A stretch of DNA of 64,000 bases, from NCBI GenBank assembly GCA_030704615.1, contig CM060734.1:63178001-63242000 (forward strand), read 5' to 3'. Below the pieces are notes generated by a model. The model was not told the DNA's origin. It saw nothing but the letters and a program-made list of their open reading frames with translations, and made no database searches. Of the stretch, positions 1 through 12,029 are shown in pieces; within the stretch, counting starts at the first letter, position 1, and each line of letters begins with the position of its first letter. The position numbers and the translations under genes were made by a program. The DNA comes from Takakia lepidozioides. Lineage: Eukaryota > Plantae > Bryophyta.

Positions 1-176
1 CCTCATCAGTTCCAAAGGCAAGTTCGGCCTCGTCCCTGTCACCCTCATCGTACTGATGTGCACCCATCAGATCCCACTATGGAGTATGCTCCCAATTTAG
101 CCCATCCAAGAATGACCACCCTATACGAGAAATCCGCAGCCAGCTGCAATTTGCTTCATGGTACTCCTACTCCTAG

Positions 177-246
177 GAGAGAGAGAGAGCGAGAGAGAGA
201 GGGGGTTCAGGGTTTAAGGTTTAGAGTTTAGAGGTTCAGGGTTTAG
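177..246 (+). repeat. (GA)n microsatellite followed by degenerate telomere-like (TTTAGGG-type) repeats
   Basis: gagagaga... then ggttcagggtttaaggtttagagtttagaggttcagggtttag. Confidence 0.7.
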
Positions 247-1558
247 CAGTTGTTGGGCAGTGGAAGACCAAAATGGTCACTACATGCAATGAACACTTTA
301 TATTAGTTACCTCTATAGTAATTAGTTTTATTATTATTATTACAGAGTTTTTATAATATTATTACAGAGTCTCTACACAAGACCACGTGAAAACCTTGAA
401 AATCAAATCGAATTTTAACTATTGTAAATTTTTATATTTTGAATTTTTTATTAGGCAACAATATGATTAGGTCACAAAGATGACATGGCACATGATGTTA
501 TGTCAATGCATCCTTAATAAAGGGTTTGACTTCTATCAAAACGAACGTAACGCCCTTTGGTGTTTCACCCTTTGTATTTTGACGACACCTCTCGGGGGAG
601 CTGGCAGGATGTGGCCTTCCACCACGTGCATGTAGCTCAAGAACACATTCCGTTTCAGGGAACGTTAGGGGTTTTTGGGGGCATATTACATCATTTTTTG
701 GACTAATAATATTCATTAAATTCCGCTTATTTTCCTATGTCCACGTCAGACTGCACATAATGGTCCATAATGCGCCGGTGAGTGCCGATTATGCTTCGTA
801 ATGCACTGTTCTTTAAACTAAGAGTCAGCAAAGAATATGTCATAGAAATTGAAGTTTTCAAGAGTATTCCTAGGAATGTACTCATGAGACTCTGCTTTCC
901 ATAGCCTGGCAGCCATGACCGCCTCAATCATTCCTGAAGTCAAGGGCTTACGCACGTTGAAGAAGGGGCACACTAGAGCTCAGAGAAAGAATGAAGAGTA
1001 AATGACTGATCTTAAGTGCAGAAACCATGGCCAGAGGTCACTGTTGATGTCATGTAGATAAAATGCCTCTGTATGGACAATCAGCATCTCCAACTGCGAG
1101 GCTTTGCATTCCCCTGGACTGATTGTGTACAATGAAGAGATCAGTGTCATGAATAATCTGGTGACATATGCAGATACCATAGAGCTCAAGATATAAAAAG
1201 ATCAAATTGCTTCATAATAGCAAAACTTGAAGTAAATTGTTGTGCAATATACAAAATTTCAATCAAAAGAATGCTGATCAGTATCTCTCCCAACAAAGTT
1301 CAAGGGTCTCAAAGAATGTCACTTGTACCTACTTATCATGTTTGTTCTTCCAAAACTCAGCTACACTATCTTTGTCAGATAATATGATAGTGCAATTAGT
1401 AAACTGATGGCCATGGATACTAGTAGTATCCATGGTTTTTCTCTTCATATACTCGGCTATGTTGTCATCGCAGTGCTTAACAAGCTCGGCGTTATCCTCT
1501 GCATCTGAATCAAGCTCCTTCACTTTCAAAGAAGAACTATCTGAACATTGATATTAGG

Positions 1559-1769
1559 AGATGGAGAAACATGTACGATCGAATCAGGTCCAACAACAGA
1601 ACTTGAAGTTTCAGGAACTAGACTGATAGAAGAAACTTGTTCACCTCAATTTGTTCTCTCAAGATTAGACGGAGAAACATATACGATCGAATCAGGTCCA
1701 ACAATAGAACTTGAAGTTCTAGGAACTACACTCACAGAAGAAACCTGTTCAGCTCGACTTGTTCTCTCA
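1559..1769. repeat. Two diverged tandem copies of a 108-bp unit
   Basis: ggagaaacat.tacgatcgaatcaggtccaacaa.agaacttgaagtt...ttgttctctca at ~1563 and ~1671. Confidence 0.8.
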
Positions 1770-2768
1770 GTCCCATACTACAAAGCAGCTTGCCAAGATA
1801 TATCTCCTCCGGTACCTGGTATGCAGGATACAATATTTTGTAATGCACCATCATAAATGCTTGTCATTCGTAGTATCATCGCCAACCTCACCATCATCAC
1901 CAAAACCCAAGATCATCGTGATCAACAACTGCTCTATCACTGAATATTGCAGGATTGAAGTCTGGAAACTCTTGATAATCTGGAATGTTGAAACTATCCT
2001 CCAAGTGGCCATCGTCAGTCTGCTCTACCTGAGAAGGAACTAAGCCAATGTCAAAGCTATCATGGATAGCAAGAGGATCTGCAACAACTTGAGCAAAAAC
2101 CGGAGGCGCGACAGATGGAACAGGCGGAAAGTTTGTAATATTAGAGAGAACTTCTCTGCTCCGCTTCTTAGTAGAAGGATTTCTCCTCGTCTCGTAAACA
2201 TCTCGACTTGAAGAAGGACAATGATCTCCTGGAATAAGCCGGCCAAAATGATAATACTTTTGAGCATCTCGAGAGAAAAAAGTACATACCACATTGGTTG
2301 GTACATCTCTTATTGCAAACAGCATGCAACTCATAGAGCTGCTCCCACATCGACTAATCATATCCAATAAATACGGCCAAAATCCCTAACACGATCCAAA
2401 ATCCCTAACGTGCTGGAATGGTTGAGCAGCGGCGATAACGCTGTGTACGCCACGTGTCTTGCCCTACCGGGCTCGCCCCGCGTCTTACACAGCGTTATCG
2501 CCGCTGCTCAACCATTCCAGGGTACGGAAGGTCTATCTTCCGGAACTGAGTGCCTATGGAGCGCCATGTGTACTATCTTCCCGTGCAGTACCACCTTCCG
2601 CTACAACCTTCCGATACATAGCACAGGCAGAGCGACACATGGGCCAATCGGGCGCCATGTCAGGGAATGCCCGGGCCCGCGGGCATTCACAAGCGTTCGG
2701 GCCGGCCCTCGGGCTGCCGCCCTCGTGCGGGCTGGGACCTCACGCCCGTGAATGCCCTCGGGCCTGGG

Positions 2769-3696
2769 TGTCGTGCACCTAAGCATCGTGCCACAACATA
2801 CATCGCTGTCCACCACACAATCTAAGCACACAATCCTAGAAAGCTATACCACAATAGATAATGAAAGTGAACATAATGGAAACCCTCCACTCATGAATCC
2901 ATTCAATCACATAAAGTAAGTCAAGCCAAGGGCACCCTTGCTAAGGGAATCCACCCTACAAAGCCCTCACCACACTCCCTCTCAATACCTAGAGCTATGG
3001 AGGTGAGAGAAGTTGTCGTGCGCATACATATCGCTACACAACTACATCGTTGTCCAAAACCACACAACACATGTGCACACCACACACTAGTATACCACTA
3101 GTCCACCACTAGTCCAACCACTAGGCTACAACTAGTCAGTCACTAGGCTGCCACTATGCTGCCCACTATGGCAGTCACTAGTTCACACAATGATAAAGAA
3201 GAAGAATACAAGCACAAGCTCATGCGAGCTCACAAAGCTGAAGCATAAACTCATGCATATATAACCTCATCACTCAAATACAAGTCAAGCCAAGTGCACC
3301 CCACGCCATGGGGAATCCACACTACGGCGCCATAGCTAGGCGCGGTGAGGCTCAACTCGAGAAAGATGAGTCTCCCGCGCTTGCCGTGAAGATAACCACT
3401 CTAGGGCCTAAATCTGCCTTGACCCCTAGATTGACACTTGGGCCAATCCCAAATGTCAATATGTAAAAGCTAGCTATTTCCTAGCTAGTTTCACACTAGT
3501 GGTAAAATAACTTGACAGCTGTCGTGCACATACATATCGCTACACAACTACATCGCTGTCCAAAACCACACAACACATGTGCACACCACACACTAGTATA
3601 CCACTAGTCCACCACTAATCCAACCACTAATCCAACCACTAGGCTACAACAAGTCAGTCACTAGGCTGCCCACTATGGCAGTCGCTAGTCCACACA
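2769..3696 (-). repeat. Modular terminal-repeat array at the 3' end of element A: R1(2769-2853)-U1-R2(3014-3189)-U2(3191-3519)-R2(3520-3696)
   Basis: Three units begin tgtcgtgc and end caca. U1 and U2 share aagtcaagccaag.gcacc..gggaatccac.ctac. U2 recurs at 11713-12029; R1 recurs (reverse complement) at 38513-38575. Confidence 0.8.
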
Positions 3697-3956
3697 ATCG
3701 CCCCCCTAGCTGGTGCTTAGGTCCCTCTAAGTCCAGGTAGCCACAAGATGTAATAGTGACCATAGCCTCACTAAGTCCTCCACCACTATCCCTACTACAC
3801 TCAAACTCGGTAGATCAAGAGGCCGGGTGCAAGAGTTGCCCCATCGTTAGTCGTCGTCTTGCAACCTGTGAACTTGAGCTTGGGATCTCATGTATTGATT
3901 CCTATGAGCTTGGCCTCCCATGTCTTGTTAGCTGCCTCTAGTCATGTCCACTGCCA

Positions 3957-5990
3957 CTATCCCAAGCAGTGTGGACACAACCAATCTCCGTCAGGAACCT
4001 TCTCAAGAGGTGGTGTCAAGCATCCCATATGCCAACCCCTTGAGCATCGATCACACACCAGCATGGTGGCTGCCCCTTTGGCAGACCCACAGAGCATGCA
4101 CCTCAAACCTGCAGGTACCACTGCCAAGTTTGGGTCAACTCTGCCATCATCATTGGGAAGGTGACATGGCGCACAATTACGCACATGGTCCTTCCAAGTC
4201 ATGTCATCCCGACCCTCCAAGATCAGGACCCCTGAGGGCAACACCTCTCAAACCCTCAAAATAACACGCCCTGCAGTAACATCCAGAGTCGTAGGAGCAG
4301 TCTGCTGCAAATAAACATAGTCACCAGGGCTAAACCTCCGAACCACAGGACGATATCCTCCACCACGTATAGTGGCATACCTCAACGTATCACGGTGCTG
4401 TGCAATGGCAAGGTTCTCAAAAGCCATGGGCATGACTTTCTTGAACAACTCTGCACACTGATCACATGCACGTACCCACACGTCCGGATTGTCAAGGTTA
4501 AGGACTTGAGCAGTGTCCCTACGAATGGCTGCAGACAAATCCGGCTCTCGGCCAAAGAGAAGGAAATATGGTGAGAAGGAGGCAAGTGATGCTTGTTTGC
4601 TGAACCTGTAGCCCATGGCTAACCAAGGAACCTGAAGATCCCAATCTCCTAGGTGTCCCTTCTGCAAACCATACTTACGCAAACCCCTCTTCACCGTCTG
4701 AACAACTCTCTCTGTTAAGCCATCGGCCTCAGGATGATCCCGAGAAGTGGTGCGGTGGTCTATCAAGGCTTTATCACACAAAGCTTGAAACTCCCCCAAG
4801 AACTCTCTCTCTTGGTCCGTGAGTACCTCAGCTGGAGCACCAAATCGGCTAAGCACACGATCCAAGAATGCATACGCAGCCCCCTCACTAGCCTTGTCAG
4901 GCAATGGAACCAACTCAATCCACTTGGAGAAGTGCTCCACCATCACCAACACATATTTGTGGTGGCGCATAATCAGTGGCAACAGTCCTGCGAAGTCAAG
5001 ACTCCACCTGTAGCCCAATCCTATGATTGGTAAAGGATGCAACTGTGGTGTAGGGGTGTTGAATGAAGCATGCACCCTATCACACACCATGCACCTAGCC
5101 ACGAACGGTTGCACCTTTGTATGCATACCACGCCACCAATACTGCCCTTGCAGTAAACTGTGAGTGCGTCGCACTCCAAAATGCCCCAACTCCTCATGGG
5201 CATGCCGCACTAACCGTGCATGCTGTGTAGGGTGAGGCACAATCCTCACCCGACCATCCTCCCACACTCGAAGTAGGTGTATCCCCTCCCACTTGAACCT
5301 CTTGGCTCGTTGCAGGATCTGATCCCTCTCCCTGGCAGTCACAGTGGCTGCCGTGTCTCCCGTGCGGAGGTAGTCCAACACAGCCGAATCCTCATGTATA
5401 TCTCTGGCACCACCTGGCTCATCACTAGCCTCAGGGTCCTCAGACACTCCGTCTACAGTCATCCTTGTTGTAGGTCCAACCTGACCTCCCGATGCCAAGA
5501 TATACAAAAATGTAGATGCGTGCCATCCCGACACCATCTCCTCGTCCGTCTCACCATGCCACCGAGCTCCAGTGTCATCCTGCTGGCTCATGCATGGATT
5601 GCGACTCAATCCATTTGCATCCCGATTGACCAAACTTGGTCGATGCACAACCTGAAAGTCATACTCCTGGAGTATGAGTGCCCACTGTGCAAGCTTCCCC
5701 GTAAGCTTGTCTGACTCCATCAACCACTTGAGTGGCTGGTGATCCGTGACAAGGGTGAAAAGATTGCCGTATAGATAGCACCTGAAGTGTGCCACGGCCC
5801 ACACTGCAGCTAAGCACTCTCCCTCATATGAGCTATACTTAGCCTCTGCAGCGTTGTTCGAGCGGCTAGCATAAGCCACTACGAACTCTCTTCCCTCATC
5901 ATCCACCTGTGTGAGCACCACTCCAAGCCCCATCATGCTCCAATCTGTATGCAGCTGAAAGGGACACCCCCTGATAGGTCGTCTCAGGAT
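3957..5990 (-). pseudogene. Element A RNase H + integrase + C-terminal PHD finger
   Basis: RH: VVAYASRSNNAAEAKYSSYEGECLA, TDHQPLKWL. INT: HEELGHFG..CMVC, SLDFAG, VLTDQ, GLTERVV. PHD: CMLC..MLVCDRC..WHMGCLTPPL..VPDGDWLCPHC. One in-frame TGA at 4248-4250. Confidence 0.9.
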
Positions 5991-6289
5991 AGGCGCCGAG
6001 GTCTATGTTGCAACCTCTTGAGTAGTACTCCCTACCTGCTCAGTCAGTGACAAGGCCTCATCCTACCCCATCATCTCATCCTGAAGGACTTCCTCCACCC
6101 GAGAAAAATCCCCAACCTCATATTTCATCGCCACATTGGCTGCCAACTCCCTCTGAACCTCGAGCACCTCCCACGTGTGCCATGGATGCCTGCACCCCGT
6201 GGTCCTCATATGCTCGCCCTTACTCACTGCCTGTACTGTCTTGGTAGGCAGAGAGACCATCGAGGGAAGTGTACTCCGCACTCTGCGTT

Positions 6290-7255
6290 GCTCAGCCATA
6301 GCCAAGCTGATAATCCAGGTCAAGCAATTGAGATCCATTGCTTGCCCCAACACCTGACGACGTGATGCCTCAGAAAGAGACGACACTGCCGTGGTACCAG
6401 TGGTAAAACCCATTGCCCGCTCATGCTCATCAGCATTAGGCTCCACTAACTGCTGCAACTGAGCATCCCACAAGAGGCCAGGTCCACTATCCCGGAAAGC
6501 ATGCGATCCTGGGAAGCTGAGCAGTGTAGGTACTGTTGCTCGTGGTTGACCCACCTTGTTGACCACTGCCAAAGGCGAACGGTCATCGTGTCTCACACGC
6601 TGAGACTGCCTCCATGTGTCCACAATGCTATCCACTGTGAGATGTGCTGGCCGCTGCACCCCATCAAATGCACACTTGAGCAGTGCGGGTGGCATCAAGT
6701 TAGTCCACCATAGCCGTGGACGATGAGCCCGTGACCCCACTGTAGCTGCATCTAGCAACACTGCTGACCCAAGCCACGACCGGACTTGATGCACACTGGC
6801 CATCACCCTGGCCCAAGAATCGCCCATCAGTGGCACATTCTCCAAGATGTATGCTGGAGATACAGCTTGATGAAGCTGCAAGTGGCGCAAAACCCGCACC
6901 ATCTCCCAAAACAGACCCGACCTCGAGTCTCGCAATCCATTGCCATGCCCGGCTGATGAATGCCATTGGCAGGGCCAACCTGCCACTACCAAATCAATGG
7001 AGCCAACCCACTCCAAATCCTACGCCCCCAGCAACGAAATGTCTGCTGGCAAGGCTTGCTGATATCTACGAATTGCAGACACCGACAACAACTCAGGGTA
7101 CCGCTGCACCAACTGAGCAACATGGCTAAGTGAAACGCGTCGTGCAGTCTCATCCCTCTCCACATACAGGTAACGCCGAACTCGTACACCTGCCTGTAAC
7201 ACAGCAGCCAATCCAGTGCTGATCCCGCCAAACAAGTCCAGAACACAAATGCCTT
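6290..7255 (-). pseudogene. Element A C5 DNA cytosine methyltransferase domain (DNMT3-like)
   Basis: Motifs in order: I VLDLFGG, II YVERD, III ADI, IV DLVVAGWPCQ, V SGLFWEMVRVL, VI ILENV, VIII DAATVGSRAHRPRLWWTNL, IX EHERAMGF, X RRQVLGQAM. In-frame TAG at 7020-7022. Confidence 0.9.
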
Positions 7256-7475
7256 CATCCGGATACTGCCACACAATAGGTGTGGTGTCCAATGGAGACA
7301 GCTGAGGTGGTCTTGGTGCAATCCCTGCACTCTCCTCCTCTCCTGACGGTACAAAAGCCTCCACCCAGGCTTGTTGCACCCGTCGATCAGCATCCCGCTG
7401 CAAATCCTTGCTCATGCCCCACAATGGAGTCTGAGCAACCATGGTAGGCAACTCCGCCATACCATACATGTCATC

Positions 7476-9568
7476 CTACTCTCCCAGAGGTGGCACATCC
7501 TCTGAATGAGCGTTGCCCTCAAGCAACTCTCTAGGCCAACTCACTGCCGCTGTGAATGCTGCTAGTGTCGGCATCTTGCCTCGTTGGGCAACCGTAACTC
7601 CTCCTATGAACATCACAGGGAGCTGCACACACCGGCCCTCCCCTGACTGCCATGCATGCCTATAGGAAGCTGACTCCTCCCAAAAATCCAGGGTGAAGCC
7701 CATGGGGTACAACACTGCCCCACCAACCAGGACATCGTATGAGACCGTGTCTGTCACAATGGCCTTGGCTCGCATCACTGAGCCATCTGTAGGGTGATCC
7801 GGCCGTAGTCTGATAGCCAACTCACGCCGTGTCATGCCCCGAGCCTGCTCCGATCCTCCTAGAGACGTCTGTATCTGGAAAAGACAAGGCTCCATATCCG
7901 CCTCCGTGAGGCCCAAGCTTGTAATAGCAGCTTGTAATAGCACCTCGTGGCTCAGGAACTCGTGCTGCTCCTCGACTCACGGCTGCAGTAGACTCCACCT
8001 GCACTAGTGGTAGTGCTGCTCCACACATGAATCCCATGCCTCCCATATCTCCTCCCTCAGGAGCAGGAGGTGGACCATCCGGCCTTAGAGCCGGTACCAC
8101 CTGAGCTGTAGCCATGGCAGCGAGCCTCTGCTCTAGCTGCTGAAGCCGGTTGGCCATGCCTTGGTCAACACCCTGACCTCCGCGTCCTTGGCCATGTTGA
8201 GCTTGCCCTTGGCCTGCACCTCGTGGCTGGCCACCTCGTCCTCTCTGGGCTGCTCCACCTTGCCCCCGGCCACCATTGTTCCCTTGGAACTGGCCTGGGC
8301 GCAACTCGGGATGTAAACCATAACACTGGGCCTCTCCATGCCCGTGCTTGCCACAATGCCCACACTGCAACTGTGCAGGCTGTGCATGTGCCGGCCCTTT
8401 GCCTCCCTCTGGGCAATCCTTCTTGATATGGGGTCCTCCACATGTCCAGCACACCACATCCGCCCGTTGTTGGCCAGCAAATGAAGGGAGAGACCCCTGC
8501 ATCTGAGGTCCTCTCTCCCCTTCCCTGAGCTTCACCTGAGCCCCCTTGTTGCCTTGAGCACGTTGAGGTAGTGGTTGGCTAGGAGTACCACTACCACGTG
8601 GTGTCTCCTTAGCAAATCCCACCATGACCACTCGTTCCTCCACCATGTTGAGCTCTATCCGCTCTTCCAGCAAAAACACATTTGCTAAGGTGGGTTGGGC
8701 CGCTTGTAGGAGAGTTGCATCCCGCACCCTTCTTCTCAGCTCCTTGTCCAATATCCCATACCAGAATTGGACTGCCTGAGCTTCCGTAACCCCTTGCGTT
8801 ACATTTATCAAGCGCCTCATGCGAGTGAAAGCCTCCCTCAGCTCTCGGTCGGGATCCGTTGGAACTCTTGCAAGCTCCGCAACTTCTCTGTCCTCACCCC
8901 TTGGTAATTCCCTCTCAACTCTTCGAAGAACTCCACAACAGGGTTGAAGGCAGACACGGGTACTAGTGCTGGTGCGGTAGTGGCTTGGGTGGACGTCGTA
9001 GCTACTGTACCACTAGTACCACTAGTCCCACTACTACTTGCTGAAGCTGCCGGTGCAGCGGCAGGTGTAGCCACGGCCCTCGTGGCTCTAGTGCCCTTAG
9101 TGATGGAGACATAGTCGGGTGACCAATATATCCTCCACTCCTCAATCTCAACCTCATGCCCCCGCCTGAACTCATGGTAATCATCCATAGGCGGCCCCTC
9201 AAGGTGCTGAAACATCCCTTCCATGCCATGAAAGGCGTAAATAGTTGTGGATTGCGCATTTGCTGCAAATCACACCAACTATCAAACTCTTGGATAAAAT
9301 CATCCAACTCAATGGTGCCCACCGCCCCAGAGTACCTTCGTGGCCCCTTGGTAGCTCCATACATCTCCTCCATTGTGTCCCACAACAATGGCAAAGAAAC
9401 AACTTGCACCGCTGGTATGAGTCCTCCTGATTCACAATCCGAATCAGAACCTTCCATAGAAGACACAGGAGGTGAAGGTGGCCTAAACCGCACACCTCGT
9501 CTCGTGTACCCACTAGTATCGCTAGTGCTCGAACCGGCACTGTCCCCAGCAACTAGTGGCACCTCCGT
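7476..9568 (-). pseudogene. Element A gag (two Zn knuckles, G/Q/R-rich tail) plus C-terminal remnant of aspartic protease
   Basis: CWTCGGPHIKKDC and CGHCGKHGHGEAQC; frameshifts near 9220 and 8830; the DSG protease motif seen in B is deleted at ~7940, while SYDVLVGG remains. Confidence 0.8.
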
Positions 9569-10229
9569 GTTGACACTCAACCGGTCATGAACAAGTCCCT
9601 AATCCCCTCTCCACAAGGTAACCGGGTAGAGAACCTGTTGCGGCTTATGGTTTGGAATACTAAGTTCCTAACATAGCCTACACCTTGTACCTGCATCCAC
9701 CGCAAGCACTCCTATGGTTGGCTGGTCATCACCTCCAACCTCACCACAAGAGAAACAATGATGGTTTGGCTGGTCATTACCCCAGCCTCACCATTGACAG
9801 CATGCTCTAGGACTGGCCGGTGATCAAATCCGGACCAATCACCTATAAAAACAAGCGCCCACACAAAAACTAGCATGGCGCACAGTCAAGCATGCATATA
9901 TTGAGGGGATCCAAACACAAGAAATCAGAACGACAACTCCCCCACACCAAAAAAAACTCCACGGTGTTGCTCTTGCAAGGACACCCCAGCCCAAACCCGG
10001 ACTGACTCTTGCCTCCACCTACGGAAAGGTCTTGGCTTAATGAGAGGGTGGAAACTACGAGGAAGAGAAGCTAAAGCAATGCCTAACCCCAACATGCCCT
10101 CATCCCAACACTCTTCTTCTCCTCTCTTCCCTCACTTGCATGACCATGGGAATATCATGAAGATACTTCTCAAACCGCCCTCCACGAGCTTCAAAATTCG
10201 GCCTTCAAGACCACATGCCAGTCCTTACG

Positions 10230-10655
10230 CAGTCCACCAGTGCCTCCACGAGTTAGCACAGGCTGTCCACAGGTCAACACGGGCCACCACAGACCAGCAC
10301 AGGCCCACACAGCTCACTGGTCACAGCCGTCATAGCCCCACACAGGCCACAGCCTGTCATAGCCCTACAAAGGTCACAGGGTCACAGCCTCAAAGGCCAC
10401 AGCCTATCACAGCCCCACAGGCCACATGTCAGAGCCTGTCACAACCCATCACAACCCCAAAGGCCACAGGCACAGCCTGTCACAGCCCCTCACAGCCCCA
10501 CAGGCAACACGGCACAGCCTGTCACAGCCCGCCACAGCCCATCACACGCCCATCACAGCTCGCCATAGCCTGTCACAGCCCACAGCACACCACAGCCACA
10601 CAGGCCACAGGCCCTGTCACAGCCCCTCACAGCCCCACAGGCCACTGGTGACAGT
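10230..10655. repeat. Low-complexity tandem array (cacagcc/cacaggc/ctgtcacagccc units) in the 5' UTR of element A
   Basis: Many repeated acagcc, cacaggc and gcctgtcacagccc units. Confidence 0.8.
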
Positions 10656-11712
10656 TTAGCCATTTCTCCAAGGGGTTTAGCCACGCCAAACTAGGGTTTG
10701 TGTCTCTTGGACTCTAGGCTTCTTTGCACCGAGCTATGGCGGCTGTGAAGAAATCAGCAAGGTATTCTTGCTCTTTCGACTCCCACACACCACCAATAGT
10801 AGCCCTAAGCCATGAGGAAGATGGTTGCCACAAACCAAGCCTTCTTTCTCACTTAGACTCCCCAAACACGCCACTAAACTCAATGGCAAATAACCAAGCC
10901 TTGCTTGCCCTCCAAGCTTGAAGATGGAAGCTTCAATGAGCTAAATACATGCTCCACACATGCAACCTCTTCACACAAGAGGAATCAGCCCCCTATCTTA
11001 GCTCCTTGGCTCCTTGATGCTCTCTAAGACAAGACTAAGCACTCCACAGCCTTTGCCAAGCTCCTGAAACCCTAAGGCTTACATTTCCAGCCACAAGACA
11101 CTCCTCTTGTGGTGCAAGAGCTTTTCTTCCAAGCTCTGAAACCCTAGGTGCACATTCCATGGCCTTGCCGCACCTCTTAGCTCCTGTTCCAGCCCCGCTT
11201 TTGCCATGGCAAGAGCCCTCATACCGCTGGAGTTTTAGATTGAAACCCCCAACTCAACATAGCCACAAATGCATTGGCTTGCATACAAGAGAAATCAGCC
11301 ATCTCTCTTCACTCATACCTCCTTATGAGCTTGAAGTTGGAGCTCCCGATAACTGTGATTTACATCTAACACCCTCGCAGCTCCACATTGCTGCAACTCC
11401 TTAACTCGGCCTGCAGCTGAAGAAGACGACCACCAGTTCGCCCACTCGAGACCAGCATCTCCCCCACTTCACACTAGAAGCCCAAACTTGGTTGCCATAG
11501 CGTTGAGCTATGCAACGCCGCTCTTCAACATAGGCTACCCGCCTCTCTATCCATTGCAAACCTGCAACCTGTTCGCCTTTGTACTCTATCCACTTTGGAT
11601 AGGCTCATGCACGGATCCCTGCACTCTAGGCTGAACCGCTTCTCATGAAAACTCAAGTGCTACAAAACAACTCGAACCTGGCACTCACAGACTCGAGCTG
11701 ATCTTTCTCGAG

Positions 11713-12029
11713 TGATAAAGAAGAAGGATACAAGCACAAGCTCATGCGAGCTCACAAAGCTGAGGCATAAACTCATGCATATATAACCTCATCACTCAAA
11801 TACAAGTCAAGCCAAGTGCACCCCACGCCATGGGGAATCCACACTATGGCGCCATAGCTAGGCGCGGTGAGGCTCAACTCGAGAAAGATGAGCCTCCCGC
11901 GCTTGCCGTGAAGATAACCACTCTAGGGCCTAAATCTGCCTTGACCCCTGGATTGACACTTGGGCCAATCCCAAATGTCAATATGTAAAAGCTAGCTATT
12001 TCCTAGCTAGTTTCACACTAGTGGTAAAA
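11713..12029 (-). repeat. Partial 5' LTR of element A (copy of 3191-3507), truncated by insertion of chromovirus LTR C1
   Basis: Near-identical to 3191-3507 (tgataaagaagaag...ctagtggtaaaa) with only a few substitutions. Confidence 0.9.

Larger units (their letters stand above)
3191..12029 (-). mobile_element. Element A: Ty3/Gypsy LTR retrotransposon with DNMT3-like methyltransferase and PHD finger; RT and protease active site deleted (non-autonomous)
   Basis: PPT agctaggggggcgat (3711-3697); 3' LTR candidate 3191-3696 (TG...CA on minus); 5' LTR part 11713-12029; domain order gag-(PR remnant)-MTase-RH-INT-PHD; collinear with element B apart from two internal deletions. Confidence 0.9.

Noticed and set aside
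177-246. True telomere
   Set aside because: Short, degenerate and internal
10040-10651. 203-aa plus-strand ORF
   Set aside because: Open only because of the stop-free cacagcc repeat, and antisense to element A
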